Shown in pieces: positions 21,037 to 30,783 of a stretch of 64,000 nt of DNA. The DNA lies in assembly GCA_027077875.1 (NCBI GenBank), contig JALWRB010000216.1, forward strand, positions 941-64,940. Direction: 5' to 3'. Origin of the DNA: Candidatus Heimdallarchaeota archaeon. Its GTDB lineage: Archaea > Asgardarchaeota > Heimdallarchaeia > Heimdallarchaeales > Kariarchaeaceae. A model generated the notes under the pieces. The model did not search any database, was not told where the DNA came from, and saw only the letters and a program-made list of their open reading frames with translations. The translations under genes were made by a program, and so were the position numbers. Positions within the stretch are counted from its first letter, which is position 1, and each line of letters starts with the position of its first letter.

Positions 21037-22392
21037 ATGCAACTACTACCATTTATGAAACTGAAAGAGATCGACAAAGGGGGAGTTGTAAGCCTTGAAC
21101 TTCGCGAGAGTTGGAGAAGAACCTTCAACTATGTCATGATTTGGATGATCTTCCTCGGGACTCCGATAATAGGTATGGCTTTTGCAATATTAGGACCCTC
21201 TAATCCCATGCTTCTGGTTGTGATCGTATTTATTGCTGCATTCTTCACATTCATCACCCGGGCTTTCGCTGAATCTGGGATTGCCTTGATTGACAATACT
21301 GCGGGTACCATTACGATCAGACGGCAGGGTATTTTTGGGAACAAGGTGACAATCCCCATAAATCCAGATGACAAAATCATCCTCAAGCGAAATTTCAGGA
21401 TTGTAGAGACAACGTCAGCTAATAACACCTCTACCAGAAGACGGTTGGCTTACCTTAGATCTCTGAGAGCTGAGAAGGAAGCTATTCTTTATCAGACATT
21501 GAGCTATGATGGCTACGAAGCCTCGGTCCCCCGTGACGATCTCACCCCTGATGACATTGAGAGAATCAGGCAGATAGATGAAGAACTGGTATACAGAGAG
21601 GGTGGATTAGGTGTGAGCTACACGGAAGAATGGGAAATTGCGTACCTCCCTGCAAACACTGTTGAGCCCATACGAATGCTCAGTATCAAGAAAGGGTTTG
21701 ACAATAATATGAACGAGTTCGTCGAGAGAGTAGCAGAGATTGCACAGATCAAGATGATAGATCACAGTGGAATCTATCCAGAGATTATTCCAGTGGGACA
21801 GACTGACGCTGACCTAGCTAGTAAGGTAAGGGCTGCTAATGTCCAACCTCTAAAGGTAGAGGATATGAATTTGAGAGAGAATCTCTTCAAATCCCGTGAG
21901 ACTGAGAACGGAATTGAACTTGAGGGAGTCAGTGACAAACTGAAAGGTAGTGACTTCCTGCGTGGAATAATTGGGGCTATACTCCTATTGATTATTACCA
22001 GGGTTGTGATCGAGATGCTGAGATGGTTATTCCTCAGCACTCCAAAAAATGGTGGTGAATGGACGAAATACGTCAGTATCCTGCTCTTCTGGTTGGTCAT
22101 TGGATTTCCCATCGCTTACTTTGGGTTCAGATTACTCGATGGTATAATTCAGAAGGATATCATTATCATAGACAATGCAAACAACAAGGTCACCTATAAG
22201 AGGAATAAACTGATTTCGAGAAAGGGTATAACCATGGATCTCGAAAAGGTCGAGAGAATCCTTGTTGTCAGAAAGGGAGACACCTACACGGTTGAGCTTG
22301 TCAGTGATGAAATGAGGATGCCCTTTGGATTCGGATACAGTCTTGACGACGCCAAGAAGTTCAGAGACGTAATCGTGAGTAATCTACAGTAA
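21037..22392 (+). CDS. Membrane protein with two repeated modules, each a TM hairpin plus a beta-rich domain (bPH-like?).
   Basis: Two TM pairs, each followed by IDN...T/K-rich beta segments (IDNTAGTITIRRQG and IDNANNKVTYKRNK). Confidence 0.35.
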   Translation: MQLLPFMKLKEIDKGGVVSLELRESWRRTFNYVMIWMIFLGTPIIGMAFAILGPSNPMLLVVIVFIAAFFTFITRAFAESGIALIDNTAGTITIRRQGIFGNKVTIPINPDDKIILKRNFRIVETTSANNTSTRRRLAYLRSLRAEKEAILYQTLSYDGYEASVPRDDLTPDDIERIRQIDEELVYREGGLGVSYTEEWEIAYLPANTVEPIRMLSIKKGFDNNMNEFVERVAEIAQIKMIDHSGIYPEIIPVGQTDADLASKVRAANVQPLKVEDMNLRENLFKSRETENGIELEGVSDKLKGSDFLRGIIGAILLLIITRVVIEMLRWLFLSTPKNGGEWTKYVSILLFWLVIGFPIAYFGFRLLDGIIQKDIIIIDNANNKVTYKRNKLISRKGITMDLEKVERILVVRKGDTYTVELVSDEMRMPFGFGYSLDDAKKFRDVIVSNLQ

Positions 22393-23850
22393 TCATAGGA
22401 TTATAATATTTAGTATCTCAAGTATTTGGAAAACTAAGAGGACCGTGTTCATCACCATCCCAAAGTTCCAGAACATCCGAAAATCCGGAATGAATGGTAT
22501 TCGCGGGTCTTGGTTAATTCTATTCAGTAGAAGGAGGAGAAGAAGAGATGTGGTCGACATACCGAGGTAGAGTACAAGCCATTGTTGAACCCTTGGACCG
22601 AACGAGTAGAAGAGTACATTGAGTATGAGAATGAGAATGGCGAGAGAAATAACGAGGTATTTCTTCTGAGTCCTCGCTGATCTCATCGCAGTCATCCTGT
22701 TTGTGAGTGCGATCAAACCGCTTGATCGTTTTTGATTCAGTCGCCAGGAGAAGACCGCCATCTTCGGGTCTAACCCCTGCATCATACAGACCTTCCTTAG
22801 GACATCTCTCGTCTTGGCATTCTTGTAGGTAACGTATGTCTCAACAGCCTGAGCCAGAGTGAGTTCGGGAGAGTCACCAGTCACCAATTCCTTTATTTCC
22901 GCATCTCTGGACTTCTCGTCTTTGGATTTTTCAATATCTTGTGCCAGAACCTCGTAGCGGTCCTTAGAAACTCTATTTATCCTATTTGACTTTGTAACAA
23001 TTTCCTCCCCAAAACCCATATCATCCGAGAGATCGGACAGAAACACTATAGGGTTCATAATTTTCTTCGATGATGAAATCACCTGTCTTAGGCTCTTCCT
23101 CGGTTCTTGAGTATCTGCAAAATAGGTGGAGAGTGACTTCACGCTCTTTATCTCGTTCGATGATAATCTCTGGATTACCCTAACGCTACCGTCTTGGGTG
23201 AGTGAGACATAGAAGTCATCATTGTCGTCATAGTAGTAACTGTCAATGAGGTAGCTTATCTGTGAGAAATCGTGAAGTGACTTGTGGGACTTCTTCTTGA
23301 GGTTGATACTGGTGACAGTTCCGTCTTGGGAGGATACGACGACCTCTTCTTCATTGAGAATAGAGAGCTTACATGTGTGCATTGGGGGATCAAGTTGATA
23401 GTCACCTACGTTAAACTCGATACCCAGTTTCCAGACTGATACAAGACCAGATTTTGTGAGGTAGGCCAACCTTTGGTATTCGTAAGATACTGTTCCAGCC
23501 ATGACCTCTTCGTCGATTGGTATTGAGCTCTCGATGTCGAACCCAATGAGATTAACTTTGTACACTCCATTGTGCATAAACAGGTAGATGAGGTTGTTAT
23601 TCCCGTCCACGAAAAGATCCCTGACGGGAGCGACAATTAACACACGATCTCCAAATGGAGTCTCCTCAAAATTCTGAATCTCGTGGACAATCTCTCTGTA
23701 TTTGAGGTTGTAAAGAATCAATTTCCCAGTGTCTGTGCCAATTACGAGAAGTGGCTCTGACGGATGTAGACGGATTGCAGTAAAGAACTCATCGCCCCTC
23801 GGTTCGACTATCCACTCCTCGGTTTTCACATCTAACAAAATTTCTAACAT
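22393..23850 (-). CDS. Hypothetical protein with an N-terminal WD40-like beta-propeller and C-terminal transmembrane helices.
   Basis: The N-terminal 200 aa carry repeated beta-strand blades (LVIGTDTGKLILYNL, LVSVWKL, GTVTSINL). The C-terminal 90 aa are strongly hydrophobic. Confidence 0.45.
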   Translation of the reverse strand: MLEILLDVKTEEWIVEPRGDEFFTAIRLHPSEPLLVIGTDTGKLILYNLKYREIVHEIQNFEETPFGDRVLIVAPVRDLFVDGNNNLIYLFMHNGVYKVNLIGFDIESSIPIDEEVMAGTVSYEYQRLAYLTKSGLVSVWKLGIEFNVGDYQLDPPMHTCKLSILNEEEVVVSSQDGTVTSINLKKKSHKSLHDFSQISYLIDSYYYDDNDDFYVSLTQDGSVRVIQRLSSNEIKSVKSLSTYFADTQEPRKSLRQVISSSKKIMNPIVFLSDLSDDMGFGEEIVTKSNRINRVSKDRYEVLAQDIEKSKDEKSRDAEIKELVTGDSPELTLAQAVETYVTYKNAKTRDVLRKVCMMQGLDPKMAVFSWRLNQKRSSGLIALTNRMTAMRSARTQKKYLVISLAILILILNVLFYSFGPRVQQWLVLYLGMSTTSLLLLLLLNRINQDPRIPFIPDFRMFWNFGMVMNTVLLVFQILEILNIIIL

Positions 23851-23926
23851 CTTAATAAGACCTTAGAGAAAAAATTTTGGAATTGCCGCGGGAGAAAGGA
23901 TAATAATTGCAAATCTAATTTCAACT

Positions 23927-25525
23927 GTGGACATCTTCAATTCCAGACGATCACAGATTTTTACCAAGAACGGTGTTGTGGCATCCTCACAACCACTGGC
24001 ATCTATGGCAGGAATAGAGATTTTGAAACAGGGAGGAAATGCAGCAGATGCTGCTGTTGCAACAGCTGCAGCTCTGAACGTCACTGAACCCACCTCCACG
24101 GGTATTGGGGGAGATTGCTTTGCACTTTTCTACGACGGTAAAGAAGTCAAGGGCCTCAACGGTAGTGGACGATCACCCAAGGGTTTGAGCTTGGACTACC
24201 TTGACGAGAAGGGTATTAGCTCTCTTGAACCTTTCAGTGTTCACACTGTGACTGTTCCAGGAGCGGCCGCAGGATGGGTAGACACTGTTGAGAAATTTGG
24301 TACGATGGAAATTAAAGACGTACTGGCTCCGGCTATTCGACTGGCAGAAGAGGGGTTCCCCGTTGCACCACTCACAAGTAGAGCTTGGAGAAGAGGTGCG
24401 GAGAGGCAGCTCAAAAGGTGGCCTCATGCGGATGAGATGCTGATTGACGGAAGGGGTCCCAATGCTGGAGAGATAATGAGAAACCCCACCCTTGCCAAGA
24501 CATTTAGAGAGGTTGCAGAGAACGGTAAGGATGGTTTCTACAAAGGACGCATAGCAGAGAAAATCGTGGCGATACTTGGGAAATACGGGGGTACAATGAC
24601 TCTGGAGGATCTTGCAGCTCATAGGTCGACCTTCGAAGCACCCATCTCAACTAACTATAGAGGTATCGAGGTATTCGAGATCGCACCCAATGGACAAGGA
24701 ATAACCGCACTAATTGGCCTGAACATCCTCGAAGGTTTTGACGTGGAGGATATGGTACACTCATCACCAGAGCACCTACATACCCTCATTGAAACGATGA
24801 GACTGTCCTTTGCCGATACACGGTGGTATGTAGCTGATCCTGCTGTGGTTGATGTCCCCATCGAGGGTCTTCTCAACAAGGAATACGCCAAGAAACGAAG
24901 GGGCCTTCTTAACCCCGATAGGGCTACTGTAGATGTCCAGAGGGGAAGTCCTTTCACAAGCTCTGACACAGTATATTTCAGCGTAGCAGACGCCGATGGG
25001 AATGCATGTAGCTTCATTAACTCAAACTATATGGGATTTGGAACAGGAATAATCCCAGAGGGATGTGGGTTTACCCTCCAGAATAGGGGACATAATTTCT
25101 CACTTGAAAGGGGTCATCCCAATATGCTAGAACCCAACAAAAGACCATACCATACCATAATTCCAGGTATGGCTACAAGAGACGGAGAACTCTACTCTAG
25201 CTTTGGAGTTATGGGTGGTTTCATGCAACCCCAAGGCCACATGCAGGTCATCTCTAATATGGTTGATTTCAGGATGAATCCTCAGCAGGCCCTGGACGCC
25301 CCACGATTCTGCATAGGCGACGGGATGTCGAATGGAAGGGTCAATCTTGAGGAGGGAATATCTGTTAAGACGATGTCCAAGCTATCACAGATGGGTCACA
25401 ACGTGATCCCAACCGCCGGCTTCGCCCGTACAATATTCGGAAGGGGCCAGATAATTAATCGAGTTGATGATGTCTGGGAAGCTGGCTCGGATCCTAGGGC
25501 TGATGGACAAGCGATTGGTTACTAA
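23927..25525 (+). CDS. ggt: Gamma-glutamyltranspeptidase.
   Basis: The N-terminus GVVASSQPLASMAGIEILKQGGNAADAAVA and the TSTGIGGD autoprocessing Thr region are typical of GGT. Confidence 0.85.
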   Translation: MDIFNSRRSQIFTKNGVVASSQPLASMAGIEILKQGGNAADAAVATAAALNVTEPTSTGIGGDCFALFYDGKEVKGLNGSGRSPKGLSLDYLDEKGISSLEPFSVHTVTVPGAAAGWVDTVEKFGTMEIKDVLAPAIRLAEEGFPVAPLTSRAWRRGAERQLKRWPHADEMLIDGRGPNAGEIMRNPTLAKTFREVAENGKDGFYKGRIAEKIVAILGKYGGTMTLEDLAAHRSTFEAPISTNYRGIEVFEIAPNGQGITALIGLNILEGFDVEDMVHSSPEHLHTLIETMRLSFADTRWYVADPAVVDVPIEGLLNKEYAKKRRGLLNPDRATVDVQRGSPFTSSDTVYFSVADADGNACSFINSNYMGFGTGIIPEGCGFTLQNRGHNFSLERGHPNMLEPNKRPYHTIIPGMATRDGELYSSFGVMGGFMQPQGHMQVISNMVDFRMNPQQALDAPRFCIGDGMSNGRVNLEEGISVKTMSKLSQMGHNVIPTAGFARTIFGRGQIINRVDDVWEAGSDPRADGQAIGY

Positions 25526-25571
25526 ATTTCATTTTTAATCAGATTGAAGGTAGTGTACTCAAGATATATAT

Positions 25572-26999
25572 TTGGAGGTGAATAACTCTGTTATCAAACC
25601 GACAGAATTTAAGCCCAGAGGGTACCAAGTAGAGATCCTAGACAGAACCCTAACCAACACTCTTCGTGGTCTGAACACTATAATCGAGCTGGACTGTGGT
25701 TCGGGAAAACGCTATCTCCAGTACGAGCTTATCGCCAAGAGGTTCAGGGAGAAGAATATCCTCCTGCTCCTTCAGGCTTCAACCTCTTTGTACGAGACCT
25801 ACCGGTACTTTAGGGATGTATACGGATTGAGATCTGTGGAAATGATAGACTCACGCCTTCCATCAAAGAACCGAGCGTACAAGCTCAGGAATGCAAAGGT
25901 CGTACTTTCCCTCCCTCAGACCTTGATGAATACACTCAAGATAGACCCTAATGCGATTGACCACTTCGATATTGTGCTGATCAATGAGGTGGATCAGCTT
26001 ATCCGTAGAAGGTCCACCTCCTCATCACTGAAGCAGCCATACGGCAAGCTCCTTGAATTTTTCAGGGATAAGACGATAATCGGGATGAGCGGAACACTGA
26101 GGGACGAGCACTACATAGAGGACAACCAGCAGCTCGTCATTAGGAACGAGTTAAATACACTCGTAGATTACTTTAAAGGGGCACAGCTTATAACTATGGA
26201 TGAGCTCATGACCACAGATATCTCCGAGTATATCGCGGTCACCTCAATTATTCCCACCGCGGTCGAAGACGAGAATATGGCAAACCTGACAATGGAGCTA
26301 CAAGCTCACATTGAGGAAGCAAGGGAGGAGATACTGCAGAGCCTTGAGGAGGAGGATCCTGCACTTGCCAAGGAGATCAGGGATCGACCGAGTAAGATCT
26401 TCAACACCTATCTTCCCGTAGAGGAATCGCTCCTCCAGAAATTCAATAAGGGATACCTCGTGAGGAAGTACCTCTGGGGGCTCCCCGGCGAGGACAGCAA
26501 GAAGCACTTATACTCTTATGGTCTTGATCCACAGTGGGTGAGGGATACAATCAGGGATGTTCCTGGGAAGTTCCACAAGACCTTCGACCTTGTGAAGCAT
26601 GCACAGAAATCAGTGGTCCTATGTTCATACCTCTCTACCTGCGACCTTCTAGAGAGCAGATTGCACCAGATGGGGATTGGCACTATCAAGATCACAGGTC
26701 GAATACCCCACAAAAAGAGGGACGAGATACTGCAGGAGTTCAGACAGGCAGACAAGCAGATGGTGGCGATAATATCCAATGTGGGTGAGAGAGATCTTGA
26801 CATCCCTGAAGCGGAACTCCTCATTGTTTTCGACCTCGTGAGGACTACGAAAACCGTCTATCAGAAGCTCAAGAGAACACGTGGTGGTGAGTGCAGGATC
26901 CTATTCTACAACGGAACGGATGAGGTTAAGAAAGTCTCAAGTGTGACCAAGAGTATCCGTGAGAAGTACCCATGGAGTACTGAAATCGTAACTGAGTGA
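25572..26999 (+). CDS. SF2 helicase-like protein of the Hef/FANCM/XPB-like family, with degenerate ATPase motifs.
   Basis: Q-like PRGYQVE. Motif I LDCGSGKR. Motif II LINEVDQL, with Asn in place of the DExH Asp. Motif III GMSGT. Motif VI QKLKRTRGG. Confidence 0.55.
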   Translation: MEVNNSVIKPTEFKPRGYQVEILDRTLTNTLRGLNTIIELDCGSGKRYLQYELIAKRFREKNILLLLQASTSLYETYRYFRDVYGLRSVEMIDSRLPSKNRAYKLRNAKVVLSLPQTLMNTLKIDPNAIDHFDIVLINEVDQLIRRRSTSSSLKQPYGKLLEFFRDKTIIGMSGTLRDEHYIEDNQQLVIRNELNTLVDYFKGAQLITMDELMTTDISEYIAVTSIIPTAVEDENMANLTMELQAHIEEAREEILQSLEEEDPALAKEIRDRPSKIFNTYLPVEESLLQKFNKGYLVRKYLWGLPGEDSKKHLYSYGLDPQWVRDTIRDVPGKFHKTFDLVKHAQKSVVLCSYLSTCDLLESRLHQMGIGTIKITGRIPHKKRDEILQEFRQADKQMVAIISNVGERDLDIPEAELLIVFDLVRTTKTVYQKLKRTRGGECRILFYNGTDEVKKVSSVTKSIREKYPWSTEIVTE

Positions 27000-27058
27000 T
27001 GACTGAACCGAGAACTGATGATCATCTATAAGTAGCTCAAGAACATGTCTGACCTAGG

Positions 27059-28024
27059 ATGATCAGAACGCTGTCGTTTGATGAGAATAATGTTCCCGTC
27101 AAACTAGATGAATCCATACCTTCGGACATCAACGAGACAGTGAAAACCAAACAGCGGTGGATATCCCTTAGAGCACATGATGATGTGAGACGTATTCTCC
27201 CGTCTATCGTGATGAGAACACAGAGCTTCGTCGACGATCTTCTGGAAGAGCAACGTCCGAGAATACAAGAGTACTCCACCCTCGAGGAGAATGACGAGAC
27301 CTACAAGGTGATCATCGTCAAGCTTCCAACTATAAAGATACTGGAGACAGATGATTTTCAACTACAGGTTTCCTTAATGATTGTAGGTAAGACCCTGATC
27401 AGCATCACCAACAGGGATCACCATCTCTTTCATCAGATCATGTCCAAGCTGATTCTCCGCAAGAAATCAATGGAGATCAACCAGGTCATCGGGTTCATTC
27501 TGGAAGAACTGGCCGACAACTCAATAATGGTCAGTGCCGAGATTGAGGATGAGATAGAGAGGATGGAACAGAATGAGCTCAAGGGGAGGATTAGGGCAAA
27601 GGGGTTCCTATCGCGAGTTACAGATCTGAAAGGTAGACTCTTCGAGGGTATAAAGGACTCCAGAGCAGACTTAGAGGTTGCTCGCGAGATCATTGGAGAT
27701 CCTGATATGACTGATGTGATATTTGAGCATGTTGAGGACAGGGTTCTCTACCTAATTGATCAGCTTGAGAGCCAGCGGAGCTCGATAAATGACCTCGTCA
27801 ACATCCACATCTCTATGGCCTCTCACATTATGAACCAGAGATTGTACAACCTGACAATTATCGGTTCGCTCATGGTGATCCCGACGATCATCAGCGGATT
27901 GTTTGGGATGAATGTTGAACTCCCACCTCTGACATTTAACCAGATCCTTCTCTTTATCTTGGTGAATATGGTTATCTCATACTTGCTGATCCGTGTGATA
28001 TTTCGTATAGATCGTGTAGAATAG
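27059..28024 (+). CDS. corA: CorA family magnesium transporter.
   Basis: Two C-terminal TM helices with the GMN signature (LFGMNVELPP). Confidence 0.8.
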   Translation: MIRTLSFDENNVPVKLDESIPSDINETVKTKQRWISLRAHDDVRRILPSIVMRTQSFVDDLLEEQRPRIQEYSTLEENDETYKVIIVKLPTIKILETDDFQLQVSLMIVGKTLISITNRDHHLFHQIMSKLILRKKSMEINQVIGFILEELADNSIMVSAEIEDEIERMEQNELKGRIRAKGFLSRVTDLKGRLFEGIKDSRADLEVAREIIGDPDMTDVIFEHVEDRVLYLIDQLESQRSSINDLVNIHISMASHIMNQRLYNLTIIGSLMVIPTIISGLFGMNVELPPLTFNQILLFILVNMVISYLLIRVIFRIDRVE

Positions 28025-28051
28025 TATTGGTAGAGAGCGTCTATAAGAAAA

Positions 28052-29185
28052 TTACTTTGCGTAAACTATCTGGTATCTGCTGATGGGTCTGATACCCTTC
28101 TCGAATTTTACCAGTACCTTTCTTGAGCTTCTCTTCCCGAAGCGCTTGTAGATATTACCCACAACTACAGCTCCGTTGTCAGGATAAGTGAAGGTGATGG
28201 TCTTCCCGATAACAGCCTCGCTGTCGAACTCAGGGTTGAGTTGGACAATGAGTTGACTGTTGTTTATATCTCTTCTACTCCTTCTGTGAGAGGAGACAAA
28301 ACCTAGAGCAGTGCCTTTCTCGATAACCGATCTTGGCTTGGACTCATTTGAGACTCCACTCTTCCCTCGGACCTTGAAAGTTCTGAATGACCTCTTGACA
28401 TCCTCGGGAGCGTAGTACTCAATTACCTCTCTTTTCTTCTTCTCGAAGACCTTAACCTCTTTTGTTTCCTTCTGCTTCTTGACTGGTTTCTCGCTCTTTG
28501 CCTTCTTTCCGGTCTTGACAGCCTTCACGGGTTGTGGCGGTGAGGGGATCTCACGAGTAATCTGGTCTGCCATAGACCTGATTTTCTTCCTCTCTGCCTT
28601 CTTCTTCTTCTCCTCTTCACTGAGTTCTTTGGCCTTGACTACCCAAGTCGACCTATTCTCAAGATCTGACTCGTCAATAATCTCAACCTCCTTCTCGACC
28701 TTCTTGACCTGAGCTACCTTCTTCTTTCGAGAGTAGGTTGGCTCGTCATAATCGTCGGGAATAGTCCTCTTAGGAGTGGTCTTCTTCTTAGCCTTCTTCT
28801 TTGGTTTCTCAGCTACTTTTACAGGTTCCTCTACAGGGGTTTCCTCGACCGGTTCCTCGATTGTTTCCTCAGCAGGTTCCTCAATTGGCTCCTCAGTGGG
28901 TTCCTCAATTGACTCTTCAACAGGTTCCTCAACAGGGGTCTCTTTGACTTCCTCCTTCGGTTCCTCTGCTGGAGGCTTGACCTCCTCTACAGGTTCTGCA
29001 ATGGTTGATTCAACAAGCTCTCTGGCGTTATTAATGATCTTAGCCGCGGTTCCTTTACCGATACCGAGTGCGACTACCTCATCAACGGTGGCTGCTGCCA
29101 GCTTTTCTGCGGTGTCTATATTGGCGGAGCCTAGTTTCTCTGCCGTCTTCTTTCCGACACCTTTAACATTTACAACATCTGTCAT
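28052..29185 (-). CDS. Fusion protein: N-terminal tandem helix-hairpin-helix, PEVK-like acidic repeats, a Lys-rich region, and a C-terminal ribosomal protein L35Ae-like domain.
   Basis: HhH: VKGVGKKTAEKL...GIGKGTAAKI. Repeats: EEPxEEPxEEP. C-terminus HRRSRRDINNSQLIVQLNPEFDSEAVIGKTITF...GNIYKRFGKRSSRKVLVKFEKG matches the L35Ae pattern (RRGKHTQNxNQ...GKRV...G.V.R.HGNSG.VRAKF). Confidence 0.6.
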   Translation of the reverse strand: MTDVVNVKGVGKKTAEKLGSANIDTAEKLAAATVDEVVALGIGKGTAAKIINNARELVESTIAEPVEEVKPPAEEPKEEVKETPVEEPVEESIEEPTEEPIEEPAEETIEEPVEETPVEEPVKVAEKPKKKAKKKTTPKRTIPDDYDEPTYSRKKKVAQVKKVEKEVEIIDESDLENRSTWVVKAKELSEEEKKKKAERKKIRSMADQITREIPSPPQPVKAVKTGKKAKSEKPVKKQKETKEVKVFEKKKREVIEYYAPEDVKRSFRTFKVRGKSGVSNESKPRSVIEKGTALGFVSSHRRSRRDINNSQLIVQLNPEFDSEAVIGKTITFTYPDNGAVVVGNIYKRFGKRSSRKVLVKFEKGIRPISRYQIVYAK

Positions 29186-29282
29186 TGCATTCTAGCTCCT
29201 ATGTTCGCTCTCTGATTCCAAGTTCGAGTGAGTTTATTTAAAACTTGATGAAGATTACAGCTCTACACCTACTGTTGTTATC

Positions 29283-30074
29283 CTATTCCTCTCCGAGTCT
29301 CTTCTTGAGGTTATCAATAATCTCGTCTGATCTCATCATCTTCTCCATGAAGGAAGTGGAGATCTCTTCCTGTATTCTCTCGTTCTCTTCCCTTTCCTCC
29401 TTGAGACGCTTCTCAAGATCCTCGACCTTCTTCCTTAGCCTCTCGGTCTCTTCTGAGTCTCCGACATTTCCAACGACCTTCTTTACGATCTCGTCAATTG
29501 TTATCCCAGGTGGAAGCTTCTCTTCCACGAGGAGTTCAAGGGTCTTCTTCTCTTGGTTAAACACACTCTGCATATGTGTCCTCTCATCTTTGAGACGCTC
29601 CTCAAGATCTCTCCTAATGACACCCTCTGATGCCAATTGCTTCTTGACCTCTCTGAGCTGATCAGTAAGTTCTTGGACGTTCTCTTGCTCAATGGTGAGT
29701 GATCTACGTGCATTCTTGGCTGAATTCTCGAGCTTGTCCATTGCTTCATTATACTTCTCGATGAGAAGAGCATAGGAGTTGATGAAGTCCCTGACCATTG
29801 GGTGTATTAGATCAAAGTACTCTTCTATGTCCTCCTCTAGCTGCTTGTGCTCCGAGCTGACGAGTTTCTCCTTGTAGACTGGCTTTACGAGGTATTCAAT
29901 GTCATTGTAAGGATTGTCGTAATCTTTGATATGATCAAAAAGGGTTTTCTTCTTCTTTCCAAACATGTCTATGAGAGAATTGGCCCACAAGTGAAATAAA
30001 CATTTCCCCTCGAAAACTCCCGATTTGGAACCACGTGAAGAGAGACCTCTCCTTTGAGCAACCTTAATAATCAC
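29283..30074 (-). CDS. Coiled-coil hypothetical protein.
   Basis: Long heptad-like E/K/R/L-rich sequence. The true start is probably the internal Met (MFGKKKK, near 29966), which leaves room for divergent promoters. Confidence 0.45.
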   Translation of the reverse strand: MIIKVAQRRGLSSRGSKSGVFEGKCLFHLWANSLIDMFGKKKKTLFDHIKDYDNPYNDIEYLVKPVYKEKLVSSEHKQLEEDIEEYFDLIHPMVRDFINSYALLIEKYNEAMDKLENSAKNARRSLTIEQENVQELTDQLREVKKQLASEGVIRRDLEERLKDERTHMQSVFNQEKKTLELLVEEKLPPGITIDEIVKKVVGNVGDSEETERLRKKVEDLEKRLKEEREENERIQEEISTSFMEKMMRSDEIIDNLKKRLGEE

Positions 30075-30075
30075 C

Positions 30076-30783
30076 GTGCTCCATTATAGTATTAGTAGAA
30101 TGTCCGAGAGCGACAAAAAACCTCCAAAAGGCCTAATCCCCCGGGAGAAGAAATCATCGTATATCCATATCCGAGTGGATCCTGACTTCAAGGACCAGGT
30201 GACCAAGAAGGCCATGGAGGAGGAGATGAATCTGACCAACTTTGTTGTTCTCGCTCTTGAAGAAGCGATCTACGAGAAGGACGTTGAAGAAGAAGAGAAG
30301 GAAGAGGAGGAGGAGGAAGAGGAAGATTTCCTTTTAGAAGAGATACTCACCGCTATGGAGAACCTCGAGCGGAGGATGGAGATTCGATTGGCTACTCTTC
30401 AAGACGCGTTCAACTCGCTAATTGGAAAACTCCTTGACTTCGAGAGGTCTGGTGCCTCCCTCGCTAGAGGTAGAAAGAAGGGCAAAGCGAAGGACAGCGA
30501 CGACGAGGAGAGCTTCGACTTCGAACTGGATAATGTCTTGCAAACAGAGCCAGAGAAACTTATCTACCAGAGAGTTAAGCGGTACATTGAGAGCAAGGGA
30601 AGTGTTGGGCGGCTACCTCCATTCAGCGAGATTGTTGCGCACCTTGAAACGGACAAGAAACTCAAAGAGTACCTCATCGCTCAGGACAAGAACTTTCCAG
30701 GTTGGAAAGATACACTCATCAGGGACGCTATCGACGAGGCAATTGACGAGCTGGGCATCCCAGTGTACGGAGGAATTGACTGA
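30076..30783 (+). CDS. Ribbon-helix-helix (CopG/Arc-like) domain protein with a poly-Glu acidic tract.
   Basis: SYIHIRVDPDFKDQVTKKAMEEEMNLTNFVVLALEEAI fits the RHH beta-alpha-alpha pattern. The stop overlaps the start of the downstream integrase-like gene (TGATG). Confidence 0.55.
   Translation: MLHYSISRMSESDKKPPKGLIPREKKSSYIHIRVDPDFKDQVTKKAMEEEMNLTNFVVLALEEAIYEKDVEEEEKEEEEEEEEDFLLEEILTAMENLERRMEIRLATLQDAFNSLIGKLLDFERSGASLARGRKKGKAKDSDDEESFDFELDNVLQTEPEKLIYQRVKRYIESKGSVGRLPPFSEIVAHLETDKKLKEYLIAQDKNFPGWKDTLIRDAIDEAIDELGIPVYGGID

Noticed and set aside
29966-30100. Apparent 1-bp spacing between divergent genes 29283..30074 and 30076..30783.
   Set aside because: This is probably an artefact of taking the longest ORFs. 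Internal Met codons (MFGKKKK, and MSESDKK) give a plausible divergent promoter gap of about 130 bp, so I do not treat it as a real overlap.
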